Shown: positions 27,576-37,968 of the stretch, piece by piece
How the letters are laid out: every line of letters starts with the position of its first letter
Numbering within the stretch: the stretch's first letter is position 1
Assembly: GCA_040752415.1 (NCBI GenBank)
Contig: JBFMGU010000014.1
Location: forward strand, 1 to 64,000
Length of the DNA stretch: 64,000 nt
Source of the DNA: Myxococcota bacterium
GTDB taxonomy: Bacteria > Myxococcota > JACRCW01
Direction of reading: 5' to 3'
Notes under the pieces: generated by a model
Seen by the model: only the letters and a program-made list of their open reading frames with translations
Told to the model about the DNA's origin: nothing
The model's database searches: none
Program-made: the position numbers and the translations under genes

Positions 27576-29101
27576 CTTTCGACTTCGACGGTGCTCTCGT
27601 CGCGAATGCTTCCGGTAAGCGCCGGGTAAGTTACCAGCGCTGAAAGCTGCTCATCCGTGAGAAAGCGGAGGCGGTTGCCCTGGTCCACCAGGCGCTGCGC
27701 ACGGACGGCGCTGTAGCGCTCCTCGGTGAGCGTGGGGGCGCTGTGGCCGAGCACGGTCTGGACGAAGCGGACGTCGCCGGTGACCTCGTAGGCGTGCGTG
27801 CCGAAGGTGCTGCGCAGGTCGTGGAAGCGCAGGTCGGCGGGGATCGGGCGCGTCCACAAGCGAAAGCTGCACTTGGGGCAGGGCTTGATCTCGCCTTCGG
27901 TGCGGCGCTCGCGGAAACCGCAGCCTTGGCGCCGGCAGATGTGGTCGTAGCCGTTGACGATGCCGGCGCGGGCGAGAGCGCGCTTGAAGACGGCGGGGAG
28001 GTCCGTGTTGCGGTTGCGCCTCTCGCCGTCGTCGTGGCCGAAGAGATACTCGCCCTTCACCGTCGGAAGATGCGCGGCGAGGAAGGGCTGTAGCTCCTCG
28101 GGAATCGGCGCGGTGCGCGGCTTCGCGGACTTGGTGGGACCGTCGTAGCTCGTCGCCAACAGGATGGTGCGGCGCTTGAGGTCGACGTCGGAGGCCTTGA
28201 GGCCCAGCAGCTCGCCCTTGCGTGCGCCGGTGTAGATGGCGGTGGCGAAGAGGCAGCGCCATTGCTCGGGCACCGCGGCGAGCAGGCGCGGCACCTCGGC
28301 AGCGTCGAGGAAGCGCACGGGCTTCTTGGGGACCTTCACGCGCTCGGCCAGCTGGGCGGGATTGTTGCCGACGTACAGGTCGCTCTTGATGGCGAATGTG
28401 TACATCGCCAGCATCGTGCGCCTCAGGTGCTCGACGGACTGCGGTGAAAGTGTCTTGAGCATCTCTACGCAGAAGCCGGACACGTCGTTGGGAGTGATCT
28501 TGGTGAGGGGCTGGTCGGCGAACTCGGGCAGCAGGTACTTGCGGATGCGCGCTTCGATCGAGCCCCTTCTGCCAACAGGAGTGAGACGCCGGTCCTACCC
28601 GCAATTGATGTAGGGGCGGCGAGGTCATCACCAGATGGGCTTCCGATACCGGCAGCACGTTGGCATCGAGATCGCCCTCGTGCCCCGGCGGAAGTTACGC
28701 GTCGGCATGGACGCCCTCGTGGGCGCCTCATGAATACGTGTCGCTGAAGGGCGCGGGCAACGTGCAGGCGACCCTCCTGAACGCGGGACGAGACGGGGAG
28801 AACGTGCTCCGCGAGTTGGCGGAACTCTTTCAGTCGGCTGACGCGGCGGGCGTGAGAGATGTCCTTGCCATCGCCAACACGCTCGAACCGATGGAACAAG
28901 AGCTCCTGGCCCGGGGCGTTGTGGACCTTGTCGAGCAGGTTTGTGGAGGGTGAGTCCACCCTTTCAGAATCTGAAGAGAAAACGTGCTCAAGGTGATCTC
29001 CGGACGGGGCAACGCAGCGAAGCCCCACCGGTGACGCAGCCTTGAGGCGCACGTTGGAGTTTGGTACATAACGTTGGTCCAAAATTTTTCTGACCGACAC
29101 T

Positions 29102-29713
29102 ATGTCTCAACCGGGTTCTGAGAAGGCGAAGAAGGTTCTGCGGATGGTGGCCAAGGGCCCCGTCACGGCGTCCGAGGTCACCGCTGCCGGGGTCCCCCGC
29201 TCATACCTGGGGCGCCTGGTCGCCAGCGGCCAGATTGAGCACGTGTCACGGGGCCTGTACCGAGCGGCGTCCAATGCCGCCTCCAGTGAGCTCGCCACGC
29301 TGGCGGACGTGGCCAAGCGCGTACCACATGGGACCGTGTGTCTGCTCTCTGCCCTGCAGCTTCACGGCCTGACCACAGAGCTCCCGTCCGCGGTGTGGCT
29401 GATGATCGACCGAAAGGCGCGCGCACCCTCCATCAAGTCCCCGCGCGTGGAACTCGTCCGAGCCAGCGGCAACGCTCGGCACCATGGCGTGGAAGAACGA
29501 ACCATTGACGGCGTGAGTGTGCGGGTCACAACGCCCGCCAAGACGGTGGCGGATTGCTTCCGATACCGCGGGCACGTTGGCATGGAGGTCGCGCTCGCCG
29601 CCCTGAAAGACTATCGACGCAAACACCGCGCTGGCATGGACGCCCTCGTCGCAGCCGCGAAAGCGGACCGCACCTGGCCCTTCATGAGGCCCTACGTGGA
29701 AGCGGTCGCATGA
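29102..29713 (+). CDS. abiEi: Type IV toxin-antitoxin antitoxin AbiEi family
   Basis: N-terminal wHTH (LVASGQIEHVSRGLY), VCLLSALQLHGLTTELP, TTPAKTVADCFRYR..VG.EVALAALK, MRPYVEAV. Confidence 0.9.
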   Translation: MSQPGSEKAKKVLRMVAKGPVTASEVTAAGVPRSYLGRLVASGQIEHVSRGLYRAASNAASSELATLADVAKRVPHGTVCLLSALQLHGLTTELPSAVWLMIDRKARAPSIKSPRVELVRASGNARHHGVEERTIDGVSVRVTTPAKTVADCFRYRGHVGMEVALAALKDYRRKHRAGMDALVAAAKADRTWPFMRPYVEAVA

Positions 29714-29844
29714 TACCCAAGCGCAACATGGCGGCGTCGGTGCGCGCGCGCATCGACAAGCTGGCACGTGAGCGTGGCGACGATGTTCAGTTCGTCCTGA
29801 CGCGCTACGCCAACGAGCGCCTCCTGCATTCCGGCGCGGGATGA
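29710..29844 (+). pseudogene. abiEii: N-terminal 44-aa fragment of an AbiEii nucleotidyltransferase toxin
   Basis: ATGA overlap with abiEi; NMAASVRARI...FVLTRYANERLL is the typical AbiEii N-terminus; stops before the catalytic motifs. Confidence 0.85.
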
Positions 29845-29921
29845 GATCCTGGCGTTCTTCGCTCGCCGGTTGGCGGAGGAGACGTCGGAGCGTCAACTCG
29901 GTGCGGCGTCCGTGGGCACCA

Positions 29922-31226
29922 TCACTCCGTCGGACGCACCAGGCTCGGAGGAGCCAGGCGCCGTCCCAACACCTCGCGCAGCGAATCCGTGGGAGCGGAG
30001 GCAAGAGCCTGCTCGCGGTATCGCTGGTACATCTCGGCATCTCCCGCCCGACGGTACAAGTCCGCGAGCACGGCCGCCCACAGGTAATGCCCCGCCAGCC
30101 ACGCTGGCGGCACCAGTCCCTCCAGCACCGCCAACCCGGCCGCCGCCCCGCGCGCCTCCGCCACCGCGATAGCCCGATTTAGCGTGTGCAGCGGCGAAGG
30201 ATCTATGCGCTCCAGCATGGCGTGGAGGTCCGCGATCTCCTCCCAGCGGGTTTCCGCGAACGAGGGCGCAAGCGCGTATGCCGCCGCAATCCCGGCCTCC
30301 GCGTGGTAGCGCGTGAACACGTCACCGCTTGACGCGCGCGCCAGCCACTCCACGCCACGACGAATCCCCTCCTGGTCCCACTGCGTGCGGTCCTGTTCCT
30401 CCAGGAGCAACAACCCGCCCACCGCGTCCTGTCGTGCCGAAAGCCGGGCAGCGTGCAGGTGCATGAGCGCCAGCAGGGCGAAGGTCTCCGGCGTGGCGCC
30501 CACCGGGTGCGTCGCCAGGAGGGTGCCCAGGCGGATGGCCTCGTCGCAGAGCTCGCTCCGGATGGCGCGCTCGGCATGCACGGAGAGATATCCCTCGTTG
30601 AAGAGGAGATAGATCACGGCGTGCACGCTCGACAGACGGGCCCGCAGCGCTTCCAACGGCGGTGTCTGGGTGTCGACGGCGATCTTCCGCAGCGCTTCCC
30701 GCGCACGCGCCAGGCGCTTGTGGACGTTCGCCTCGCTGGTGAAGAGCCGGAACGCGATCTCGCCGGTGCTGAAGCCACACAACGTCTTCAGCGCCAGGAC
30801 CAGTCGTGATTCGGGCGGCAGTGCCTCGTCGCAGCAGACAAAGAGCATGCGCAGGAGCTCGTCGCGCACCTCACCGGCGAATCCAGCGGAGACCGGTTCT
30901 TCCCTCGCGTCATCCCCAGCCACGTCGGCGCCTTCAAGAATCCGGACGCGCCGCTGATCCCGTCGCAGGACGCCCATGAGGTTGTTGAGCGCCACACGGT
31001 AGAGCCACGCCTCGGGCTCCCGCGGAATGCCCTTGGCCACCCACGACGTCAACGCCGCCATCAGTGCGCCCTGGACGGCATCCTCGACGAGCTCGAGATG
31101 GTCCAGGCCCACCCGGCGGACGAGCACGGCCACGAGCCTGCCGTACTCATGTCGGAAGAAATGCTCGACCAGGCCCGGCGGAGAAACCGGGTCTGGCCGA
31201 CCACGTGAATCGGACCCCTCGCTCAG
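29922..31226 (-). CDS. ECF sigma factor with C-terminal TPR/DUF6596 extension (ECF42-like)
   Basis: FRHEYGRLVAVL, EDAVQ, LRMLFVCC..L, EIAFRLF, YLLFNEGY, LEEQDRTQWD; start uncertain (overlaps the yciI stop). Confidence 0.9.
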   Translation of the reverse strand: MSEGSDSRGRPDPVSPPGLVEHFFRHEYGRLVAVLVRRVGLDHLELVEDAVQGALMAALTSWVAKGIPREPEAWLYRVALNNLMGVLRRDQRRVRILEGADVAGDDAREEPVSAGFAGEVRDELLRMLFVCCDEALPPESRLVLALKTLCGFSTGEIAFRLFTSEANVHKRLARAREALRKIAVDTQTPPLEALRARLSSVHAVIYLLFNEGYLSVHAERAIRSELCDEAIRLGTLLATHPVGATPETFALLALMHLHAARLSARQDAVGGLLLLEEQDRTQWDQEGIRRGVEWLARASSGDVFTRYHAEAGIAAAYALAPSFAETRWEEIADLHAMLERIDPSPLHTLNRAIAVAEARGAAAGLAVLEGLVPPAWLAGHYLWAAVLADLYRRAGDAEMYQRYREQALASAPTDSLREVLGRRLAPPSLVRPTE

Positions 31227-31567
31227 AGGCCCACCATTTCCCGGATTTCCATGGAGTTCCCCGGCGCCTGGCTGCCTGGGCAGGCCCGCGCCACCTCGAC
31301 CGCGCTCTCGTCGTCCGCCGCGGAGATGATCATGTAGCCGCCCACGATCTCCTTCGCCTCCACGAACGGGCCGTCGGCAACGCCCGCCGCGGTGAGCACC
31401 TTGCCCCCCGGCTTGAGGCGGTCCCCCAGGTCCAGGATGTTGTCCTTGAACTTCTCCTTCCACGCATGGAAGGCGGCGTACATCTGCTGCATCTGCTCGG
31501 GGGACGGGGACTGCCCCTGCTGACCAGGCTGGCACCGGGAGAGAACAAGGTATTTGCGCTGTGGCAT
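31223..31567 (-). CDS. YciI/DGPF-domain protein
   Basis: DGPFVEAKEIVGGYMII; upstream of the ECF sigma. Confidence 0.9.
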   Translation of the reverse strand: MPQRKYLVLSRCQPGQQGQSPSPEQMQQMYAAFHAWKEKFKDNILDLGDRLKPGGKVLTAAGVADGPFVEAKEIVGGYMIISAADDESAVEVARACPGSQAPGNSMEIREMVGL

Positions 31568-31615
31568 CGGAATTGTCCTTTGGCTGGAAGGCCTGGAGCG
31601 GCCTCGCTCCCCATT

Positions 31616-31642
31616 GACGCGCGAGGGGGGCCGGATTGGACA
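31616..31642 (-). promoter_or_regulatory. Putative ECF42-type promoter
   Basis: TGTCCA-N17-CGTC upstream of yciI-sigma; same layout at 50092. Confidence 0.6.
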
Positions 31643-31940
31643 CCCGCCCACGCTTTTTTCTTCCACCCAGACCGTTGACGTTGTTCCTCCCGGGGTCAAT
31701 GGGCCCGCGGCTCACCAGGCCATGGGCCGTCCTCTCCCAGCTGCGAACGTCCCGCGTCACGGGCAGGACACGCGCCGGCAGCTGCAGGTCACGCGCCGTC
31801 ACGCCTGAAGCCGGACCGATCCGCTTAGCCGTGGTTAACCCCAGCTCGCAGCCCATCAGAAATCTGAGGGTCCGCCGGCACGCTGCCGCAAGACGACCCG
31901 CGGAATTGCGAACGTGGCGGGCTCATGCGAACGAGTCGGC

Positions 31941-33587
31941 ATGCGCACTGCCATTCTCCTGCTTCCTCTTCTTCTTGCCTGCACTCCCCCGTCGACAACG
32001 GCCACCGACGCCGGTGCGCCGACAGGTCCCGCCGACGCCGGTGCAACGGACGCCGGTGGCGACGCCGGTGTTGACGCGGGCGCCGACGCTGGCGCGGATG
32101 CGGGGCCGACGTGTCTGCGCGTGACCGCGCCGGAGATAGCGTTTGACCGGCTGGATGACGTGTCGGTGATGTACAGCGCCAGGCTGTCACCCAGCGTGCG
32201 CCAGCCGGGGCCGGATTACCTGAGCATCCAGTTCCTGCGCTACGCGGACACGGAGTTCGTCGGGACCTTTGACCTGGGGAGCGGGAACGACTCGAACTTA
32301 TCGACGTGCGCGCACTGCGTGATGATCTTCGCGGACCAGCTGGACCCGAGCGCGCCGCCGGGGGCCTTGTTGTTCGTGACGGCGGGAACCCTCACCGTGG
32401 CGGAGGACCCGTTCGGATTGAAGCTGCGCGGGTCGCTCACTGGCGCCCGATTCGTCGAGGTGACCGTCGAGGGGGAGACACTGCAGTCGGTGCCGGTGCC
32501 CGGTGGGCTGTGCGTGGAGGTCGACGACGTGAACATGGACTTCAAGTACGTCCCCTCGACGTGGTCGTGCGACCCGGCCCGGTTCAACGAGGCGGATGGC
32601 TGTGACTGCAACTGTGGCACGGAGCCCGACCCGGACTGCTTCGCCGAGGAGCTGCCCGTCATCCGCGGATGCGACGTGGGAGACACCTGCGTGCTGGGCG
32701 AGTGCGTGGAAACGTGCTCCGCGTACGCTCCCACCGACGCATGCGACGTGGGAGTGTGCACGCTCGGGTGGCCCGATGACCTGTGCACGGAGGATCCCGT
32801 GGATGCCGCCACGCTGGGGATGCCGTGCCAGAGCGAAGCGTTCTACTGCGGAGTGCAACTGGGCATCGCCACGGGCGTGTGTGACGTGTTCGATCACCTG
32901 GACGGCATCTGCCGTGTCATCTGTGATTCCGACGACGATTGCGATACCGCGGCCTTCGAGCGCTGCTTCTCGATCATGGGTGGGGAGACGGGCTTCAAGG
33001 GTTTCTGCTCGTCGCGGGTGCCGAATGACTGGACCTGTGAAGGGGCCACCTTTGACGATGGCGTGAGCTGCAACTGCGACTGCGGCGCGGTGGACCCGGA
33101 TTGCGAAGCGGGGTTGCCGGTGGTCGGGTGCGACGCGGGGGAGACGTGCGCCTGGACGGGCGTGTGCGTGGCGCAACCGGCCAATGATGACTGCGCTTCC
33201 GCGACGACGATTGCCGTGGGCGAGACGGTCACGGGAACCACCCTGGCAGCGCGGCACGACTATTCACCGGGATTCGGGAGCACGTGCCTCGCCGTCGACG
33301 AGAGCGGGCCGGATGTTGTCTACGCGCTGACGCTGCAGGCGGGGCAGACGGTGGACATCACGCTGACTCCCGCGGAACACGACCTGGCGCTGTACGTGCT
33401 CGACGCCGAAGCGGAGGCCTGTGCCGCGGCCGCGCCGCAGTGTCTCGTTGGAGCGGACGTGGGGCGGCAGGGAGAGCCGGAGGGCGTCACGGTGACGGCG
33501 GCGGAGAGTGAGGTTCTGTTCGTCGTCGTGGATTCGTTCTGGGTGGAGAACCAGGGCGCCTTTGAGCTGACGGTGACGGCGCAATAG
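31941..33587 (+). CDS. Cys-rich lipoprotein with C-terminal PPC-like domain
   Basis: Lipobox LLLAC, DAG repeats, two W.C......DG..CDC.CG..DPDC repeats, NDDC...GTT...GPDVVY...DLALYV. Confidence 0.8.
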   Translation: MRTAILLLPLLLACTPPSTTATDAGAPTGPADAGATDAGGDAGVDAGADAGADAGPTCLRVTAPEIAFDRLDDVSVMYSARLSPSVRQPGPDYLSIQFLRYADTEFVGTFDLGSGNDSNLSTCAHCVMIFADQLDPSAPPGALLFVTAGTLTVAEDPFGLKLRGSLTGARFVEVTVEGETLQSVPVPGGLCVEVDDVNMDFKYVPSTWSCDPARFNEADGCDCNCGTEPDPDCFAEELPVIRGCDVGDTCVLGECVETCSAYAPTDACDVGVCTLGWPDDLCTEDPVDAATLGMPCQSEAFYCGVQLGIATGVCDVFDHLDGICRVICDSDDDCDTAAFERCFSIMGGETGFKGFCSSRVPNDWTCEGATFDDGVSCNCDCGAVDPDCEAGLPVVGCDAGETCAWTGVCVAQPANDDCASATTIAVGETVTGTTLAARHDYSPGFGSTCLAVDESGPDVVYALTLQAGQTVDITLTPAEHDLALYVLDAEAEACAAAAPQCLVGADVGRQGEPEGVTVTAAESEVLFVVVDSFWVENQGAFELTVTAQ

Positions 33588-33596
33588 GCCCGGGGC

Positions 33597-34259
33597 TCAG
33601 CCGGGGTGCGTACTGCGGTAGACCGTCAGCTCTCCGGAAGGCAGCGAAACCGGCGTTAGCCATGGATAGGAAAGCAGCGGCATGTCGACGCAGCAGACGC
33701 GGATGGGGCGCGTGGAGGCGATGGCCTCGAGGTGGCCCAGGACCGTCTCCAGGCGAGCGCCGGTGAACGGGCAGTACAGGAAGAACACCGTCCCGACGGT
33801 GATGTCGCCGGTGAGCTGCGCAGCGTCGCCCTCGACCACCGAGATGTGCGTGGCGTTCAGGCTCCTCGTGAGCTCACGGGAGATGCGGACGAGCTCCGGC
33901 TGGACTTCGATGCCGACCGCCGCCGCACCGGTCAGGAAGTGCGTCAAGGCCGTAGCCCGCCCGAGGCCAGAGCCAACGTCCACGAACACGTCGCCAGCGT
34001 GCACGCCCGCGTGCTCCACCATCAGCAGGAGCGTGGCCACGGAGCACGGCAGGTAGGGAACGCAGCCGGAGGGGAGGTCCGGTCCGTCGTCGGGAAGACC
34101 GTCCAGGCCGAGGACGGAGTCCAACCACGCGTCGCGGTCGAGGGGAGGAATGCTCGTGAGCGCGGCGCGAAAGATGGCCGGGGTGGCCTGCCCGGTCGTG
34201 AGCAGGGAACGCATCACCGTCGGGTCTTCGTGGCCGGGTCGTCCCACGGCGCGGAGCAT
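33597..34259 (-). CDS. Class I SAM-dependent methyltransferase (DOT1-like)
   Basis: VPYLP, VFVDVGSGLGR, GIE, EGDA, FFLYCPF; start 34259 or 34214. Confidence 0.8.
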   Translation of the reverse strand: MLRAVGRPGHEDPTVMRSLLTTGQATPAIFRAALTSIPPLDRDAWLDSVLGLDGLPDDGPDLPSGCVPYLPCSVATLLLMVEHAGVHAGDVFVDVGSGLGRATALTHFLTGAAAVGIEVQPELVRISRELTRSLNATHISVVEGDAAQLTGDITVGTVFFLYCPFTGARLETVLGHLEAIASTRPIRVCCVDMPLLSYPWLTPVSLPSGELTVYRSTHPG

Positions 34260-34320
34260 ACCCGGGAGTTGCTCGGACCTGCTCGCGCCAAGGCATCCAC
34301 GGCCGGAACGCCGCGGGCTC

Positions 34321-36441
34321 CTACAGCGCGGCGCGGTACACCACCGTGACCAGCGCGGTGGAAACGCCCACGTTGCCCGCCGCGTCGACGGCACTGCAGC
34401 GGACGGTGGTCCTTCCCACCGGAAACACGCTCCCCGACGCGTGCGAACACGTGACCGTGGGATTGGACGGCAGGATGTCCGTGGCGTACGCCGTGAAGGA
34501 CACCGCCGCGCCGTTGCGATTCGACGTCGTGACGGTCTTGGGCGTGTTGATGGTCACCAGCGGCGGCCGCGTGTCGCGCACGGTCACGGTGAAGCTCTGC
34601 GCGGTGGAGTTCCCCACGGCATCGCTCGCGGTGCAGGTCACCGTGGTGTTGCCCACGGGGAACGCCGTCCCCGACGGGCGGGAGCAGCTCACCGGCACAT
34701 TGCCGCTCACGACGTCGGACGCGGACACGTGGTAGCTCACCACCGTGCCGGTCAAGGACGTCGCCGTCACGACGATGCCCGAGCTCGGAACCGTGAGCGT
34801 CGGCGCAACCGTGTCCCGCACCCAGACCGAGAAGCCCACGCCAGCCTGGTTGCCCGCACGGTCGACCGCCAGACACGCCACCGGCGTCGGCGACGCACGC
34901 ACCGGGAACACGCTTCCCGACGCCGGCGAACAGCTCACCGCCGCGATTCCGCTGTGGGTGTCGGAGGCGTTGATGGACCAGCTGATGGACTGACCCGCGG
35001 GTCCCGCGGCCTCCTGGATGATGTCGCTCGGTCCATTCACGACGGGCGGCGTGCCATCCACCACGACTTCGCGGGAATCGGTGCTGGGCGAATACGCGTA
35101 CGGACGACCCGAATAGACCACCTCCAACGCATACGTACCCTCGGACGGAATCACCAGGCCGGTGGCCACGAATGCACCGTCGCTCGACGTGTTCACCACC
35201 GCCGCCTCCTCCGCGTCCACCAGGAACTGCACGCTGTCGCCGCCCAGGCTGGTCTCGTCGGAGATGGCGGGTCCGTTGGCCACGCTCACCGTGGCGCTCA
35301 CGCTGAAGGGCACCGAGGGACGCGCATGGATGCTCTCCGGCAACGAGACCCCGGTGGCTTCCGCATACACCATCACCATGTGGGACGCGCTGACCTCCTC
35401 GGTGCCAACCTTCCGCGCATACACGGTGTGCTCGCCTGACGTCGTCACATTCCACGTGCAGGTGGCCAGCCCGGTGGTCTCGTTGGCCACTGCCGTGCAC
35501 AGCGCTGTGGGTCCGGAGATGAACTCCACGCTGTCGCCCGGCTGCACGCGTGTCACCTGCGCGCCAAGCTCCAACTGCACTCCCACCACCACCCAGGATA
35601 CCGGCTGCTGGAGGATCACCGCCGGCGGCTCGTCGGTCTCACCGTCGCAGTCATTGTCCAGACCGTCCTGGACCTCGGCCTGGGTTCCCGGGGCGATGTT
35701 GGCGTTGCACACCAATCCACCCTCGGTGCACGCGGTGGAGCCCTGCGCGCAGATGCCCGGCTGACCGGTGATGCACGCCTGGTTGCCACCGGGGTTGCCC
35801 TGGTCCACGGCGCCGTCACAGTCGTTGTCCCGCCCGTCGCACGTCTCCGTCGCGCCGGGGTAGATGGCGGAGCTCCCGTCGTTGCAGTCCGTCCTGTCCG
35901 CCACGTATCCCGCCGGCCGCTGGCACGCCTGTTGTGCCACGCCGGGATTGCCAAACCCGTCGTCGTCCGCGTCGCGGTACCAGGTGCTGGAGCCCCCACT
36001 CTCGTCCACGCTGCCGTCGCAGTTGTTGTCGACGCCGTCACAGACCTCCGGGGCGCCGGAATGGACCTCGGCCCTGGAGTCGTCGCAGTCACCGTCCATC
36101 CACGTGTAGCCCGACGGCGGGGAGCAACCCCAGTACGAATCCACCCAGCTACCATATCCATCGCTGTCGGCGTCCCGGAAGTACATCCAACCATCGTCGT
36201 CGTCGACCACGCCGTCGCAATCGTTGTCCACGCCGTCGCAGTAATCCCATTGTCCCGGGTTGATCCACCACGAGGTGTCGTCGCAATCTTCCCAGGAGGG
36301 CCACCCGTCCTGGTCAGCGTCCTCCTCTGTCACCGCCTGGCGAACCTGCGATTGGTGAGCCTGGACGTCCTGCGAATCCGCCGAGCGACACGCGACGAAA
36401 CCCAAGGTAACCAGAACCGAAACGGGACGAATCCATCTCAT
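34321..36441 (-). CDS. Lipoprotein with MopE-type metal-binding repeats, Ig-like and HYR domains
   Basis: Lipobox GFVAC; repeated D.D.DG...DC.D.......GA.E.CDG.DN.CDG; three HYR repeats (SGS.FPVG.TTV.C.A.D..GN). Confidence 0.85.
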   Translation of the reverse strand: MRWIRPVSVLVTLGFVACRSADSQDVQAHQSQVRQAVTEEDADQDGWPSWEDCDDTSWWINPGQWDYCDGVDNDCDGVVDDDDGWMYFRDADSDGYGSWVDSYWGCSPPSGYTWMDGDCDDSRAEVHSGAPEVCDGVDNNCDGSVDESGGSSTWYRDADDDGFGNPGVAQQACQRPAGYVADRTDCNDGSSAIYPGATETCDGRDNDCDGAVDQGNPGGNQACITGQPGICAQGSTACTEGGLVCNANIAPGTQAEVQDGLDNDCDGETDEPPAVILQQPVSWVVVGVQLELGAQVTRVQPGDSVEFISGPTALCTAVANETTGLATCTWNVTTSGEHTVYARKVGTEEVSASHMVMVYAEATGVSLPESIHARPSVPFSVSATVSVANGPAISDETSLGGDSVQFLVDAEEAAVVNTSSDGAFVATGLVIPSEGTYALEVVYSGRPYAYSPSTDSREVVVDGTPPVVNGPSDIIQEAAGPAGQSISWSINASDTHSGIAAVSCSPASGSVFPVRASPTPVACLAVDRAGNQAGVGFSVWVRDTVAPTLTVPSSGIVVTATSLTGTVVSYHVSASDVVSGNVPVSCSRPSGTAFPVGNTTVTCTASDAVGNSTAQSFTVTVRDTRPPLVTINTPKTVTTSNRNGAAVSFTAYATDILPSNPTVTCSHASGSVFPVGRTTVRCSAVDAAGNVGVSTALVTVVYRAAL

Positions 36442-36688
36442 GCGATGCTCCGGGTAGGCCGAACGGGGGCAATGGGCTTATCGGCACACCATTGGCCAAC
36501 CGTGAGCCGACCCGGCGGGCCCCGGGGAAACACGGGCCACGTCGCACTGACGGTCACCGCGATGACTGTGGGTTTCCTTGGCAAGGCGAACGAGGCGCGC
36601 CGCGCCCACGGGTGCAAGTGTTGGCAATGTCCGGCGCGGTACTGTGCGTGGGTGGCGGCGGCGCAGCCGGACGCGATACGCCCGCCTT

Positions 36689-37039
36689 CTACTTCCCGGG
36701 CCGGAAACGCATCGCGCTCCACACGTCGTCGAGCGCCACCTGTCGCACGCCCTGGATGTCATTCTTCTGGAGGTGGCGCCACAGCACGTCGCGGTTGAGG
36801 TCCGTGCCGAGCTGTCCCGCCTTGGGGTACGCCACCCAGGCAATGCGGTCCTCCTTCGCCGCGTCAACCATCGGCGCGCACTTCGCGTCGACTTCGGACA
36901 ACGTCTTCACGAACACCAGGACGGCGTCGGCCTTGGCGGAGGTCGTCGTGGTCACGTCATCCAGGTCCACCCCGGCGGGCTTCCCCACCACGCGGACCTT
37001 CATGCCATCCTTCAGGTTCAGCTTCTTCGCCAGACTCAT
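36689..37039 (-). CDS. DUF3052-like small protein
   Basis: MSLAKKL, WVAYPK, TDLNRD, RQVALDDVWSAMRFRP; GGAGGGA RBS. Confidence 0.75.
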   Translation of the reverse strand: MSLAKKLNLKDGMKVRVVGKPAGVDLDDVTTTTSAKADAVLVFVKTLSEVDAKCAPMVDAAKEDRIAWVAYPKAGQLGTDLNRDVLWRHLQKNDIQGVRQVALDDVWSAMRFRPGK

Positions 37040-37365
37040 CGTCCTTCCCTCCGAGCGTGCCACCATCTCCTGGATGATGCGCCCTTCAGCCGTGTCGTCG
37101 GACCGCGCCGTGCAACGGTCCTTCCATCGTTCGGCGCACTCCATCACGCTGGCGCCGGGACACGCGAGAAACAACGCGCCACCGCGTCACCGGGCTTTGA
37201 CGCGGTGCATTGACTGACCGGCGGCTTCCCTGAGGTCCCGCACGCTTCCCCCGACGAGAACCACGGGCTTTCCCACCACGGGACCGCGCCCGGGACGCAC
37301 ACCCACGAAGCGGATGCGGTGGTTGCACGCCACACGCGTGTCATGAATCATTCCGGGCGGAGAGG

Positions 37366-37953
37366 ATGCGCATGCCCATGGAGCCAGCGACACCCGCAGC
37401 GTTTACCCCCGCCGTCGTCGACTTCCGGCCCGTGGCGGATGTGTGGCGACGGGGCGCCGACCTGGTCTTCAAGGACGGCGCGCACCTGCCCCAACGCTGC
37501 ATCCATTGCAATCAACGCGGCGTGCACGAAGTTCGACGAAAGGTGTGGGTGAATCCGTCCTGGGTGAGGATGACCATCCTGGCGGGTCCTCTCTTTTACG
37601 CACTGGCGATGGCGCTTGCCCGTCGGACCGCCGTGGCGCATGTCTGGTACTGTCGGCAGCACATCCACAAACGACGCAACTGGACGCTGTCCGGCGTCGT
37701 CATGCTGGCCGCCACCGCCGGCGTGGTGTTCGCTCCACCGTTGTTCGGCGGCCACGACATCTACGTGGGCCTGGGGATGTTCCTGGGCGCGCTCCTCTCC
37801 GGGGCCATGGTCAGCATGGAGTTCGGCGCGGATGCCATCCAGGGGGGCTTCGTCCGCGTTTCGGGGGTTGACGGCGCGTTCGTCGACACGCTTCCGGAGG
37901 TTCCACGAGACATTGGTCGCCTGGTGGAGCCTGAAACGGGTCCGGGCTGGTAA
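37366..37953 (+). CDS. Hypothetical membrane protein
   Basis: LPQRCIHCN and C..H metal-type motif, three hydrophobic segments. Confidence 0.7.
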   Translation: MRMPMEPATPAAFTPAVVDFRPVADVWRRGADLVFKDGAHLPQRCIHCNQRGVHEVRRKVWVNPSWVRMTILAGPLFYALAMALARRTAVAHVWYCRQHIHKRRNWTLSGVVMLAATAGVVFAPPLFGGHDIYVGLGMFLGALLSGAMVSMEFGADAIQGGFVRVSGVDGAFVDTLPEVPRDIGRLVEPETGPGW

Positions 37954-37968
37954 GGCGGGGAGAGCGTT

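Larger units (their letters stand above)
27518..28566 (-). pseudogene. Tyrosine integrase (Mx8-like, Zn-finger insertion), 5'-truncated; frame crosses the att core
   Basis: TGARKGELLGL, RFHDLRSTFG, VQTVLGHS...TEERY; CRRQGC...CPKC insertion; integrase-like frame runs to ~28566, then an in-frame TAG ~30 bp further up; ends GGVDGTRT* (antisense of the tRNA 3' end). Confidence 0.85.

Noticed and set aside
27651..28658. 335-aa alternative-frame ORF over the integrase
   Set aside because: Arg/Pro-rich off-frame translation; does not supply the missing integrase N-terminus
31227..31856. N-terminal extension of the ECF sigma ORF (644 aa)
   Set aside because: Overlaps the yciI gene in another frame; sigma homology starts near 31170
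35630..36330. Repeated DNA units as a possible array
   Set aside because: They are coding MopE-type peptide repeats, not repeat-spacer units
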